Part shown: positions 36,330-47,700 of the stretch, piece by piece
How the letters are laid out: every line of letters begins with the position of its first letter
Numbering within the stretch: position 1 is the stretch's first letter
Source: a virus
Lineage: Duplodnaviria; Caudoviricetes
Strand: one strand, 5' to 3'
DNA: 60,992 bases
IMG/VR virus record: IMGVR_UViG_3300022602_000006
Location: 1-60,992 of that record
Made by a program: the position numbers and the translations under genes
The notes under the pieces: model-generated
Told to the model about the DNA's origin: nothing
The model's input: the letters and a program-made list of their open reading frames with translations, nothing else
Database searches by the model: none

Positions 36330-39011
36330 ATGCCGCTTACCAAAATCCCATTCAAGCCGGGGATCAATAAGGAAGTCACGGAGTACGCCAATGAAGGCGG
36401 CTACTACGACTGCAATCTTATTCGATTCCGTATGGGCTATACGGAAAAGATAGGCGGCTGGGCCAACACCAATTACGCGGCTAACCCTGATTCTCCATCG
36501 TCGTTCACGTTCAATGGCGTGACACATTCATTGACGAACTGGATCAGCCATTCTGGTGAGAACTTGATTGGCTTTGGTACGACCCAAGGGTTCTACGTAC
36601 AGGATGGTATCGGCACTGCGTATCACGATATTACGCCTACGGCGCAAGTAGTTAATCTACCCGCTGGTTCGTTTACGACCACTATTCCCGGTAGCCCAGT
36701 ACTCGTTGTCAACTCGCCCAGCAACGGTCTTGATGTCGGGGCTAGAATTTATTTTGCCCCCACGTCGGGTACTAGTACGTCAATGACGATTGACGGCGTG
36801 ACTGTTACGTTTGGTACACAGACCACGGTAGGTGCGCAGTCCTACACTGTTATTAGTGTAGCTAGGGACACCACACAAGTTGCTGTGACTGCAACCGGCA
36901 CCGGATCAGTCGCTACCCTGACGGGTACGTTTGCGGTAGTACCAACTGCCGGTACGTCCATCACTATTTATGGATTGACGGTAGATGGCTTCAATGGCAT
37001 CTATAATGTTATTACAGCCAACAGTACGACGATCACTTACAACAATCCGACTACTGGAAGTGCTACTGGCGGGACTGTCGTGTTCCCGACAGACTCGTAC
37101 AAAATTATTGGTTCTGGTAGTGCGTTTGCTGGTGGTGTAACCGGCGGCATCGCAGTTACGGCTACGTACTTGGTCAACTCGGGCAGTACGACTGTTGAAA
37201 CAATCTATGCTTGGGGTCTTGGTACATGGGGTCTGGGGCGTTGGGGTTTAGGTCAGCCACAAACGATTACGTACAATAATCGACAGTGGTCGCAAGCCTC
37301 GTTCGGCGACGATCTCATCATGTCGATCCAAGGTGGGCCGATCTATTACTGGGTCAAGAGTACCGTCAACTGGACACCGGCAATCACACTTGCCGAATAC
37401 GCCACGACCCAGCAGTATCAGACGATCACCACCACGGACGTAGGTGGCGTGTTTAATTCAAACACTTTCACCGTAGCGTTCAATGACTATATTTATCCGG
37501 GTGAGGTTATCTCGTTTGCCCCCGGATCCACAGGGTCGATCCCTGCGGGTACGACAATATTGTCTATTTCCGGGCTGGTTGTCACGGTCAGCAATCTGGT
37601 AACGATCCCATACAACTCGACGTTGAACGTCAGCTATTCGGGTTTGTACGTACCTACGCAAACCAACAAGATCTTCGTATCTCCGGTGTATCAGTTCGTG
37701 ATTGCACTGGGTGCCAATCCTTACGACCCCACCAATGCCAATTCGACCTTTGATCCCTTGCTGGTTCGCTGGTCGGATCAGACTGTACCTGAACAGTGGA
37801 TCCCTCAAGTATCCAATCAGGCGGGGGAACAGTCGCTGGGTAATGGTTCGACGCTTGTAACGGCAGTCAACAACCTTCAAATCATTTTGGTGTACACCGA
37901 TACCGCTGTGTACCAGATGCAGTACGTAGGAGCGCCTTACGTATTTAGCTTTACCCTTCTGCAAGAAAACATCTCGATCATTTCACAGAACGCTGCTCTC
38001 ACAGCCAACAACGTGACGTGGTGGATGGGCATAGACAAGTTCTACATGTACAACGGCACGGTGCAAACCCTGCCCTGTTCGTTGCGTCGCTATGTGTTCA
38101 GCAATATCAACAAAGCCGAGCAGTGGCAGGTTGTTGCTGGCTACAACGAAGGCTTCAGTGAGATCTGGTGGTTCTACCCGTCATTGACCAGCACGGTGAA
38201 CGACAGCTACGTCAAGTTTAATTTCATTGATAACGTGTGGGATTACGGGTCGCTAAACCGTTCGGCGTGGCTGGGTACATCGCTACAGGCGTATCCCATG
38301 GGTGCCTATAGCACACAGACGACTTACACGACTGCACTTGTCAACTACTCATATATAACGACTATTCCAGTTGCTGATTCTTCGTCGTTCCCGCAGCAGG
38401 GGGCGATTGTGATTGGTAGTGAGATCATCGCTTACACAGGCAATACCGGAACGTCGTTTACTGGATGCACTCGCGGTGCCTACGGCTCTACGCCAAACTC
38501 AACCATCCAAGCGTATACGCCGGTCATGGACGTGGTGCCAAACCAGATCATGTTCCACGAATACGGCGTTGATGTGCATACCGTTCCGGGCGTGACGCTG
38601 CCAGTCGTAAGCTACATCCAGTCTTCTGATATTGAGATCGGGGATGGACACCACTTTTCATCCATATGGCGCATCGTGCCTGACTTGACGTTTGTCAACT
38701 CGTCATCGCAAAACCCGCAGATGACCCTGACCGTTCTTCCACGGTTGAATTCTGGCTCGTCTTACCAACAGAACGTAGACCAACCGCCAGTCAAGAACGT
38801 AAGAGACTACGGGGTAGTTCCTCAGTACCCGATTGAGCAATTCACGGGGCAGGTCTACACCCGCATCCGTGGGCGTCAATTTGCGTTCCGGGTCGATACT
38901 GGCAATGCCAACGATGCCTATCTGATATACGGGTATCCGTCTACAGCCTTGGGCGTCATGTGGCAGTTGGGCAACATGCGGCTGGACATTAGACCGGATG
39001 GACGCCGATGA
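36330..39011 (+). CDS. Tail nozzle / head-stabilisation protein (P22 gp10-like)
   Basis: FKPGIN, EKIGGW, VRWSDQ, EIWWFYP, RIRGRQ, PDGRR. Confidence 0.8.
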   Translation: MPLTKIPFKPGINKEVTEYANEGGYYDCNLIRFRMGYTEKIGGWANTNYAANPDSPSSFTFNGVTHSLTNWISHSGENLIGFGTTQGFYVQDGIGTAYHDITPTAQVVNLPAGSFTTTIPGSPVLVVNSPSNGLDVGARIYFAPTSGTSTSMTIDGVTVTFGTQTTVGAQSYTVISVARDTTQVAVTATGTGSVATLTGTFAVVPTAGTSITIYGLTVDGFNGIYNVITANSTTITYNNPTTGSATGGTVVFPTDSYKIIGSGSAFAGGVTGGIAVTATYLVNSGSTTVETIYAWGLGTWGLGRWGLGQPQTITYNNRQWSQASFGDDLIMSIQGGPIYYWVKSTVNWTPAITLAEYATTQQYQTITTTDVGGVFNSNTFTVAFNDYIYPGEVISFAPGSTGSIPAGTTILSISGLVVTVSNLVTIPYNSTLNVSYSGLYVPTQTNKIFVSPVYQFVIALGANPYDPTNANSTFDPLLVRWSDQTVPEQWIPQVSNQAGEQSLGNGSTLVTAVNNLQIILVYTDTAVYQMQYVGAPYVFSFTLLQENISIISQNAALTANNVTWWMGIDKFYMYNGTVQTLPCSLRRYVFSNINKAEQWQVVAGYNEGFSEIWWFYPSLTSTVNDSYVKFNFIDNVWDYGSLNRSAWLGTSLQAYPMGAYSTQTTYTTALVNYSYITTIPVADSSSFPQQGAIVIGSEIIAYTGNTGTSFTGCTRGAYGSTPNSTIQAYTPVMDVVPNQIMFHEYGVDVHTVPGVTLPVVSYIQSSDIEIGDGHHFSSIWRIVPDLTFVNSSSQNPQMTLTVLPRLNSGSSYQQNVDQPPVKNVRDYGVVPQYPIEQFTGQVYTRIRGRQFAFRVDTGNANDAYLIYGYPSTALGVMWQLGNMRLDIRPDGRR

Positions 39012-39334
39012 ACGTATCACCCCGCACGATTGCCCCTCCTAGCTTGCCCATCCCTACCCCAAGCTATAGTGCAGTGCACCAAAATATTTTGGCGACCACA
39101 ATTCAGCAGTTTGGCACCCGGACAGCCAATGCCGTTAATCAACTTTTAAATAGCACACAAACCCCTGCTTATACTGTTGGCACCCTGCCTAGCGCAGCAA
39201 CCAACATAGGCAAGATAGGCTACGTGACCAATGGTGCGTCTGGTCTTGCATGGGGCGACACAATAACTGCTAGCGGTTCAACTACATATCTGATATGGAG
39301 TAATGGACTGAATTGGACGGTTATAGGAAAATGA
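39008..39334 (+). CDS. Small tail protein with TVGTLP...W.NG.NW domain
   Basis: C-terminal domain shared with fibres 1 and 2. Confidence 0.65.
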   Translation: MNVSPRTIAPPSLPIPTPSYSAVHQNILATTIQQFGTRTANAVNQLLNSTQTPAYTVGTLPSAATNIGKIGYVTNGASGLAWGDTITASGSTTYLIWSNGLNWTVIGK

Positions 39335-39343
39335 TTCTAATTA

Positions 39344-41743
39344 GTGGTGGGTACTGATATGAATAAGTATGCCTTTGGTGGAGTAACCCCCGGTTTACCC
39401 CGCCCCCTTGCCCATCATCCGCATACGATGGCTAGTGGCCTTGCGTCTCTTGGGCGGCACGGCGACTCCATGCTGGTGCACATGTCCCCAGAAGAAGTTG
39501 GTGGGTTACAGTCGCTGGCTCAAGCCCACGGCAAGTCATTGACCACTAACCCTAATACTGGTCTACCCGAAGCGTTCTCGCTCGGCACGTTTGCCAAGGG
39601 TCTCTTGCCAACGATTGGCGGTGCGCTCCTTGATGCGTATGTCCCCGGCGCTGATGCCCTGATGCCTGAGATCGCCATTGGCGCAGGGTTGGTTGATAAG
39701 CTGTCGGGTGCAAGCACCGCTGATGCCATCAACCTAGGCATGGGTGTTTATGGTGGTTCTCAAGTAACTAGTGGCATGAACAAAATGGGGCAAGCGCCGT
39801 TGGCTACAGCCTACGCCACAGATGCCGCTAATGTCCCTGTGTCGGGGCCAGCCCTAGAGACAATGGGACAAAGCATGGCGGCGGCTAATGCTCTTACGCC
39901 AACTGAATTCATGCCTAATTCAACATCATTGGATTCGCTTAACTCTGCTGCTGGGGGTGAAGCATCTCAGGAAGAACTTCAAAAGGCTGCGGATGCTTCT
40001 AACACAGCCCCGCAGTACGCCCGAAATACTAGTGGTACTTTCCTTACAAGTCCTACTCGCACTGATGTTATTGGGCAGGGGATGCAACAGTTTGCTGATA
40101 ACCCGTCACAAGCTTCAAAAGATTTTTACAACACCCTTGGCGACACCAATTATCAAAGAATGGCAAAAGCCTACATGATGGCTATGCCCGTGTTGAACGC
40201 TTATACGAAAGCCGCAACACCATCTACTCCTTCGTCATCTCTTGGCGCTTCCACAGGCTATCAGTTTTACGTACCTGCTCCCGGCTACAAGACGCTGTGG
40301 AACCAAGGCACGGTCAATCCTTTGATTGCCAAACTTGGCTATCTCCCAGCGGGTCAGCCAGCGTTCATTGGGGCAGGATGGAACCCCGGCGCATGGTCTT
40401 CAACTCCCGGTGCTAACACCGGCACGGTTCCTTCGGGTACGGGCATGAAGGCTGGCGGCCTTGCGAGTCTTAAGCACTACGCTGCTGGCGGTGCATCGAC
40501 GGCGGCGGGGGCTATACCAACTTCTGTTGGTGAAGCAATTCTTGCAACCAACGCGCCCTTGCCAACAACCCAGATGGGTACTGATCAAGCTACGCTTCAA
40601 GCTGCTAACGCTCAATATCAAAATGGGCTTTTGAATGCGTTGGCTCAGAACCCCAACATGAATTTACCTCCGCCGCCCCCCAACGCTGAAAATAGCTACC
40701 TCAGTAACCTTGCTACGGAAGTTTTACCGCAGCCTTATACAAACCCCTACGCTGGTATGACTGGTGGAAGTGGTAGCAGTGGTGGTGGAAAAAACATTGG
40801 GGAAACCGCTGGAAGTGAAGCAACGGGCGGTAGCGGGAGTTTAGCTGGGGCTGGTAGTGGCGTAGGTATTGATAGTGCGGGTATTGGTAACGGCACTATT
40901 GATACATCAGGGACACAAGATATTTCATCCAACGTACCACTGGGTGATACAGTCCCTGCGACCCCGCCGGGTTCAACACCAAGTTCAAAGCCAAGTTCAA
41001 ACAACTCTGGTTTGAAAGGATTGGCTACTAATGCTTTTAACGAAGTGCAAGGGTTTAGAAGCGCCCATCCTTTCTGGTCTTCGTTGATTGGTGGCATGGC
41101 TCTTGGCCCTCTAGGGGCATTAGGTAATATGGTATTACCGAAAGGGCAGGTGACTGTTGAAGGCGATACTGTCCAAGGTACTAATCAAACTTCAAGCGAT
41201 ACATCCGGAAATGCTCCCGACACAAGTGCATCCAGCCAAAACATAGCGAATCAAGCAAACTCAGATAGCCCGTTTTCCACTACTCCCTATAATCCAGTAG
41301 GGGCTTCGGGTGTAGATCTTGGTATCGGTGAAGGAAGCGGTGGTTTTGGTAGTGATATCGGCGGTTTTGGTAGTGATTTTGGTGATAGCGGAAAAGCGGG
41401 TGAAAACCCAAGAGCGCATGGCGGTTATATCCACGCTATGGCGGCAGGTGGTTTAGGTTCGTTCCCAGATACTTATGCTGCTGGTGGTAAGTTGTTGCGA
41501 GGAGATGGCGATGGAATGTCCGACTCGATTCCGGCAGTCATTGGCGGCAACAGACCGCAACGCGCCGCGCTTGCTGATGGCGAGTTTGTTATACCGGCAG
41601 ATGTTGTATCGCATCTCGGAAATGGCTCAACAGAAGCGGGATCCAAAAAACTCTACGCGATGATGGACAAAGTGCGCATGGCTCGCACGGGTAATCCAAA
41701 GCAGGGCAAGCAAATTAATCCTGACAAGTACTTGCCGGTATAA
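39344..41743 (+). CDS. Internal virion/ejection protein with xxGG tags and C-terminal SDSIPA-DGEFV domain (likely start 39359)
   Basis: GRHGDSMLVHM, NPNTGLPEAF, GDGMSDSIPA, LADGEFVIPADVV. Confidence 0.75.
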   Translation: MVGTDMNKYAFGGVTPGLPRPLAHHPHTMASGLASLGRHGDSMLVHMSPEEVGGLQSLAQAHGKSLTTNPNTGLPEAFSLGTFAKGLLPTIGGALLDAYVPGADALMPEIAIGAGLVDKLSGASTADAINLGMGVYGGSQVTSGMNKMGQAPLATAYATDAANVPVSGPALETMGQSMAAANALTPTEFMPNSTSLDSLNSAAGGEASQEELQKAADASNTAPQYARNTSGTFLTSPTRTDVIGQGMQQFADNPSQASKDFYNTLGDTNYQRMAKAYMMAMPVLNAYTKAATPSTPSSSLGASTGYQFYVPAPGYKTLWNQGTVNPLIAKLGYLPAGQPAFIGAGWNPGAWSSTPGANTGTVPSGTGMKAGGLASLKHYAAGGASTAAGAIPTSVGEAILATNAPLPTTQMGTDQATLQAANAQYQNGLLNALAQNPNMNLPPPPPNAENSYLSNLATEVLPQPYTNPYAGMTGGSGSSGGGKNIGETAGSEATGGSGSLAGAGSGVGIDSAGIGNGTIDTSGTQDISSNVPLGDTVPATPPGSTPSSKPSSNNSGLKGLATNAFNEVQGFRSAHPFWSSLIGGMALGPLGALGNMVLPKGQVTVEGDTVQGTNQTSSDTSGNAPDTSASSQNIANQANSDSPFSTTPYNPVGASGVDLGIGEGSGGFGSDIGGFGSDFGDSGKAGENPRAHGGYIHAMAAGGLGSFPDTYAAGGKLLRGDGDGMSDSIPAVIGGNRPQRAALADGEFVIPADVVSHLGNGSTEAGSKKLYAMMDKVRMARTGNPKQGKQINPDKYLPV

Positions 41744-41752
41744 GGAATAACT

Positions 41753-42730
41753 ATGGCACTTCCAACACAAAGTTCTTCGGCAAATACTAATACTTCTGCC
41801 ACTACTAGCAACCCGTTGGCGGGTACGTCCCTTAGTACATACGCCACACCTACCAATCTGGCAACGGGGTCAGGTACACCGTCAAGTTCGGCATCAAACG
41901 CCACGACGACTAATGTCTACCAGAACACCATCCCGCCAGAGTTGATGCCCTATGCGATGGAGGGTTTAGGTTCGCTATCGAACTTAATCTTTAACGGGCC
42001 GGGGTATCAGCCTTATACCGGACAGCAGGTAGCTGGGTTCTCGCCTGAGCAAACTCAAGCTTTCCAAAATATACAGCAGATGCAGCCTTCGGCTTATACC
42101 GGTCAGGCAGCGAATCTTGCAGGGATGGCGGGGACTAACCAATTTACTGGTGCCAACGTCAACCAGTATATGTCTCCTTACGTCAACGATGTTATCGCTC
42201 AACAACAGCAGGGCGCTATTCGCGGCTACGCTCAACAGCTCCCCGGTATGGCGGGTGTCGCTACCCAAGCAGGGGGTTTAGGCGGTTCTCGTGAAGCACT
42301 TGTTAATGCGATGGGGCAACAGGGGCTTGAGCAACAATTACAGAACATCCAAGCGACTGGGTTACAGAACGCATTCCAGAACGCGCAGGGGCAGTTCAAT
42401 ACTGCCAATCAAAACCAACTCGCCGCTTCTGGTGCGTTGGGTAATCTCGGTATGCAAGATTACACTCAGAATGCCGGTATCAATACTGCGCTACTGGGTG
42501 CAGGTGCACTGCAACAAGGACAGGAACAAAACGTCTTTAATAATTCAATGCAGAATTACTACAATGCGTTGAACTTCCCGTACCAGCAACTTAATAATCT
42601 TATGGGTGCTATAAACAAAGTGCCTGTTGCACAAAGCGCATCTACGATGTATGCGGCACCGGCAAACGCAACAGCTATCGGTGCGAATCTTTTAACCGGA
42701 CTTGGCAGCTTCTTTGGGCCTTCGGGGTAA
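41753..42730 (+). CDS. DNA pilot/ejection protein
   Basis: Gln/Asn-rich; YQPYTGQQVAGF, YMSPY, GGLGGSR. Confidence 0.7.
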   Translation: MALPTQSSSANTNTSATTSNPLAGTSLSTYATPTNLATGSGTPSSSASNATTTNVYQNTIPPELMPYAMEGLGSLSNLIFNGPGYQPYTGQQVAGFSPEQTQAFQNIQQMQPSAYTGQAANLAGMAGTNQFTGANVNQYMSPYVNDVIAQQQQGAIRGYAQQLPGMAGVATQAGGLGGSREALVNAMGQQGLEQQLQNIQATGLQNAFQNAQGQFNTANQNQLAASGALGNLGMQDYTQNAGINTALLGAGALQQGQEQNVFNNSMQNYYNALNFPYQQLNNLMGAINKVPVAQSASTMYAAPANATAIGANLLTGLGSFFGPSG

Positions 42731-42733
42731 TTT

Positions 42734-44725
42734 ATGTACGACCTTCTTAAATCAGTCAAGCCTCCCCAGACAGCCATGAAGATGAATGCTGTCGAGCAAA
42801 AAGCTCGTCAGTTAAAAGCTCAGAACATGCCCGATGATCAGATTCGTGCAGCGTTGGGACAAGAAGTTTTGGATACAAATGGGATGGTTAGCCCAGCCAT
42901 GTTGTATTCGATGTTGTCTGACATACAGAAAACTAATCCAGCATTGCCGCAGCCACCTACAACGAGCATCGCAGGGCAAGCTCAAAAATTAAATTTAGAT
43001 CGTATGCAGCAGTTGCTGTCGCAAGCCAACCCACCTCCTCAAGTCCCGCAAGCACCGCAGACGGGTCAGCCTCCACAGATGGGGCAACCCCAGATGGGTC
43101 AGCCGCCAGTGATTGGCCCCGGCGCACCACAACCGATGTCTATGCCAACTGCTCATGCTCGTAGCGGTGGCCTCGCTGATATTGCAGTGCACAACATTGG
43201 CAAAAATTATGCTGGCGGTGGCATTGTTGCGTTTGATGAAGGTGGCGATATTCAGTCGGCACTGATGACTGCGAATTACGCTGATGTGTTATCACGAAGC
43301 AGCGAGCAGTCGCCAAACGCAGGTGGCAGACCTGTGCAAGCGCCTCAAATGGTTCCGTCTGATATAGATTTTTCTGCCGCACATGGTGGGCCGGTTAAGA
43401 AGTATTCTGGGCCGTATGGTTCAGATGTGTCTAACGATGCCCCTTATGTACCGTTTGAGCAATCTGTGTTGGGCAACACTCTTAGTTCAGTAGGTAACTT
43501 CTTTGGGAATACTGTACCTAATGCTTTTAACCAAGGGATGCAAGGAGCAGGGGCAGGTTTCTATAATCAAAATGCGTTACAGCAAAATGCCGCAGCAAGG
43601 CTTATTGGTGGGCGAACACAAAATCTAATGCCTCTCCCCGGTGTTGGTTCTGGCCCTTACTTGCCCTCTGCTCCAATACGTACTCCCGGTGAAGCAATGT
43701 CAACTTTGTTTGGCACCGGTAAACTGCCAGACCCAACGCAGCCGTTTGGTAGCCCAAGTCAGTTTAGTGGCCCATTCTCTCCAGCATTGATCCATCCCGC
43801 TGCGGCTATTGCATCGCTTCCGGATGACCACACTGCCACAGATCGAGTTGCAGCGGCAGACGCGAGCGGCCACCCACCATTGGGCAGTATCTGGACTGAT
43901 GAAATCAAAAAGAGACTTAATGATCTTGGCCCACGTCCTACGTTCGATTCTGTTCATGATCAGTTCATGAAAACTGAAAAAGAAATGGGGATTGGCGACG
44001 CCTTCAATAAAGTGTCTGGCATTATTGGCGACGGTCGTGCGCGAGCTGATGCCATGTATAACGCAGGTACTGCACCGGGGGGCTATGCCGATTTAGCTGG
44101 TATGAGTGCCGGACTAAATCAAGCGGGCCTTCGTGGGAATCAACCCGGTTATGTTCCCGGTCTTGCGGGTGTTGCGTTATCACTTGGCAGAAACTTTGCA
44201 GCCCAAGGTGCAGCAAAACAAGAACTTGCTGCTCAAAGAGCGGGGGCGCTTAACAACCTTGACAAGTTGCAGACAGATGCGTTGATGAACGAGGAGGCTC
44301 GCAAGTCGCAGAACCTGCGTACTGAAGCAACGCTTAGCCGTGAAGATCTTAAACAGTACACGAATGAAGTTGATAGCCTCCTGAGAACAGGCATGGGCGC
44401 GGATGAAATTAGGGAGCGTCTGATGATGGCTGGAGTTAGTAAGGCCCAAACAGACATGATCATGCAGGAAAGACTTGAAACTTCAAAACAGAGCGCTGAA
44501 GACCGTCGAAACTATCAACAAGGTGTGATTGCTTCAAAATATCAAATGCCTATAAGCCAACTTTCTAAAATTGTACAAAAACCTGAATATGCAACTGATC
44601 CAAAGTTGCAAGCACAGGCACGGGCGTTGGCGATGCAACTCACCGCTGCTGGTATTGACTTGAGCGGATTTATGCCCGGCGGGGGAGTCCCACCGGGGGT
44701 AACGGTGACTAAGGTACCGTCGTAA
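42734..44725 (+). CDS. Internal virion/ejection protein with xxGG tags
   Basis: YAGGGIVAFDEGG; position. Confidence 0.7.
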   Translation: MYDLLKSVKPPQTAMKMNAVEQKARQLKAQNMPDDQIRAALGQEVLDTNGMVSPAMLYSMLSDIQKTNPALPQPPTTSIAGQAQKLNLDRMQQLLSQANPPPQVPQAPQTGQPPQMGQPQMGQPPVIGPGAPQPMSMPTAHARSGGLADIAVHNIGKNYAGGGIVAFDEGGDIQSALMTANYADVLSRSSEQSPNAGGRPVQAPQMVPSDIDFSAAHGGPVKKYSGPYGSDVSNDAPYVPFEQSVLGNTLSSVGNFFGNTVPNAFNQGMQGAGAGFYNQNALQQNAAARLIGGRTQNLMPLPGVGSGPYLPSAPIRTPGEAMSTLFGTGKLPDPTQPFGSPSQFSGPFSPALIHPAAAIASLPDDHTATDRVAAADASGHPPLGSIWTDEIKKRLNDLGPRPTFDSVHDQFMKTEKEMGIGDAFNKVSGIIGDGRARADAMYNAGTAPGGYADLAGMSAGLNQAGLRGNQPGYVPGLAGVALSLGRNFAAQGAAKQELAAQRAGALNNLDKLQTDALMNEEARKSQNLRTEATLSREDLKQYTNEVDSLLRTGMGADEIRERLMMAGVSKAQTDMIMQERLETSKQSAEDRRNYQQGVIASKYQMPISQLSKIVQKPEYATDPKLQAQARALAMQLTAAGIDLSGFMPGGGVPPGVTVTKVPS

Positions 44726-47700
44726 ATGGCTGTTGATTTAGATCAGATCATCAAGGATCAGGGGGCTGAAGAGTTAGCCCCCACGATCAAATCTATCTAT
44801 CAAACTGAGTCTAGTAGTGGCCGTGCTGATACATCTAAAGTAGGGCCGGGGGGCGCTCTCGGCCCGATGCAGGTCATCAAGCCTACCTTCGACCAGATGA
44901 AAGCTGAAGGTAGGATCCCAAAAGATGCTCAGTGGAATAACCCCTACGACAATGCAGCGGCTGGTGTTGCCTACATCAAGTCGAACAGTGAACGGTTTAA
45001 CACCACAGACCCTTACTTGCTCCGTGCCACTTATCTAGGTGGCCCCGGTGTCGTCAGGCCAGATGGCACGATTGATACTTCACGACGCGATGCGTTAGGC
45101 ACTAGCGTAGGCGAGTATGCAGCAGGTTATGGTTCACCCGGAGCTAGAGCGGGGGCTGGGTCTGCCAAAGATACCTACGAAGTAAAATGGAACGATGGCA
45201 ATACTTATCGGGTAGAACTCCCGCGTGGTACGCCCTCACAGATGGCTTCGTACTATGTGCAGAAGTTACATTACTCAGACACCCCGCAAACACCTCCTGC
45301 TGATGAAGGCCCAAGTTCGCTAGGCGTTGCGGCACGTGCAGCGGAGAGGAATGTTATTCCTGCGGCTGTGGGTTCGTTAGTAGGCATAGCCGCTAGTCCG
45401 TTAGGATCATTTATTCCCGGTATTGGTAATCTTGCAGCGGGTTATGCTGGCGCTGTTGCAGCAGGTTCTGCTGTTGAAAAAGCGCAAGAATCTTTTTTAG
45501 AAGCCCACCCTGATTTAGCCAAAGCGTTGGGGCAAGACGCAGAAACCCGCGCCGCTGATGAAGCCGCCCACCCGATGGTCAGCACATTAGCTGGTGTAGG
45601 TACAAATATTATAGCTGGCGGGTTCAGGCCCAGCTATGGGGGGCTTAAGTCTTTACTAGGGGTTGGTGAAGAGGCACTAGGTAAAGCGTGGGGGCAAACG
45701 GCAAAAGGCGCTGCAATCATGGGCGGTATTAATACCGCCGAACAAGCCTTTAGCGACCAGCCTTTCGATCCATACAATCTTGGGCTAAACGCTCTTATTG
45801 GTGGCACGTTCCATACTCCCACTGCATTGGGCAAGGGGTTTATGAGGATTGGCGAAGGCTTTACATACGGAGTTACCCCCAAGAGCGTTCAAGAGGCATT
45901 GAAGTTCCCGGAACGAGAGGGAGTGCCACCTCGTGGGCCTATAATTTCTTCTGAATCACCAGACATCCAAGAACCCGTGCCACCTTCGGTACCTACCGAC
46001 GATCAAGTTGTTAACCACACTGATAGCTACGACACCGCTAGAAACTTAAACGTAGGCGATCGAGTCCTTACTCCAGATGGTCGCTTTACTGTCTATGCCC
46101 ACGCAATAGACCCTGATACTGGTGATCATTCATTCCAAGGTCGATGGGATAATGGCGTAGATGTACACCACGCATTGGTAGATTCTTACGGTGAGCCACC
46201 AAGAAGTCGAGAACCCGAAGATCAACATGTATCGTATGGTGACGCTACTTATAATTTAGATGAGATGGCTCGCCATATAGCCCCCAGAGTTCTTGATCAA
46301 AATCCGGAAACTGGCGATAGCGTTTTAAGTTGGGGGGCTGACATACACCCCAGTATAAAACCAGTACCATCTAATTCCCCAAATACAACTTATAAAGATG
46401 TATATGAGGGGCTGAAAGCTATTTTTGGAATCCATACTAATCGTTTGATTAATAGTGGGTTTTTAAGACTGGATCAGTCTTCACCGATTGATGTAAGTTC
46501 TGGTTATTACGACCCCAATGTAAATTCAGTTGTTTTTAACGTAGACAATTTACATTTAGATGCTGACGGTAAAGTCAAGCCTAGTTTTTTAAAAGAATTG
46601 ATGATTCATGAGATTGGGGTGCATGCAAACATAAAAAACATGCTTGGCCCTGACTTGTATCAAAAAGTTCTAGATCGCGTTGATCAAGGAATTAAAAATA
46701 ATGAAGCCCCGTTCGTAGAAGCTAACAACCAAGTACCAGCAAACACTAATTCAATATATTTACAGGAAGAACGTCTTGCATATCTTGTAGGTAAACATCC
46801 CGAATTGCCATTGGTCAAACAGATATTTAGCAATATCAAAACTTGGTTTTGGCAAAAAATGGGAGGCAGATGGGTAGATCTTACTGCTGATGATCTTCGT
46901 ACACTCGCGCTCTCATCTCTTAAAAAATCATTCGATCTTGTTGAAGAAGGTCGTCTCAGTGGAACAAAACCCGGAGAATCACCTACGGGAATTAACCCCA
47001 GTACGGAAACCACCGAAGAAAATAATATAGATGCTGCCAATGCAGCCTTGGATGAAGGAAAAGAACCGCCTCCCGGTGCTGAAGCATCACCTGTTCCGCA
47101 AATGTCAAGCGTGCGTGTTGAAGCGCCGCCTGAACCCGGCAGTATTGAAGATACAGTCGGTAGGATCAAAGAAGGGATGTCGCAGAATGAACAGAAGAAA
47201 GTTGATTCTGGAACTTTTATTGGCAAGCTAAAAGAGTTCGTCCAAAAATTCCGTGACCGTCCGTACACTCAGTTGATCGAAAAATTCCAAGACCAGCATC
47301 GTCTTTTAAGTGATCTACAAAAATCACTTGAACTACAGCACGGTAAAAAATGGGTTATTGAGAATGGCCTCAATATAGGCGATGCCGTAACCAATACCCC
47401 CAGTGCGGCTGAACGTCCTGCTGTAAACAACCTTACGAATATTTTACATGACGCACTTATAAATTACAGTAAGGCCACTGGCCGGTCGTGGTCTCAGTCC
47501 CTTGCTGATTTTAAGATGTGGTCTATAGGCATCACGGAACCCAAGCTGCGAGACTATCTGTGGCGTATGCGGGTACCGTTAAGCACCGATCCAATCATAA
47601 CGCTGCCTAATGGTTCAAAAATAAGCCCTGCGGATTACCGCAAACAAATAGTTGACACTATAAATAATCTTTCGTCTGAGCATTACACTAAAGCCGAACG

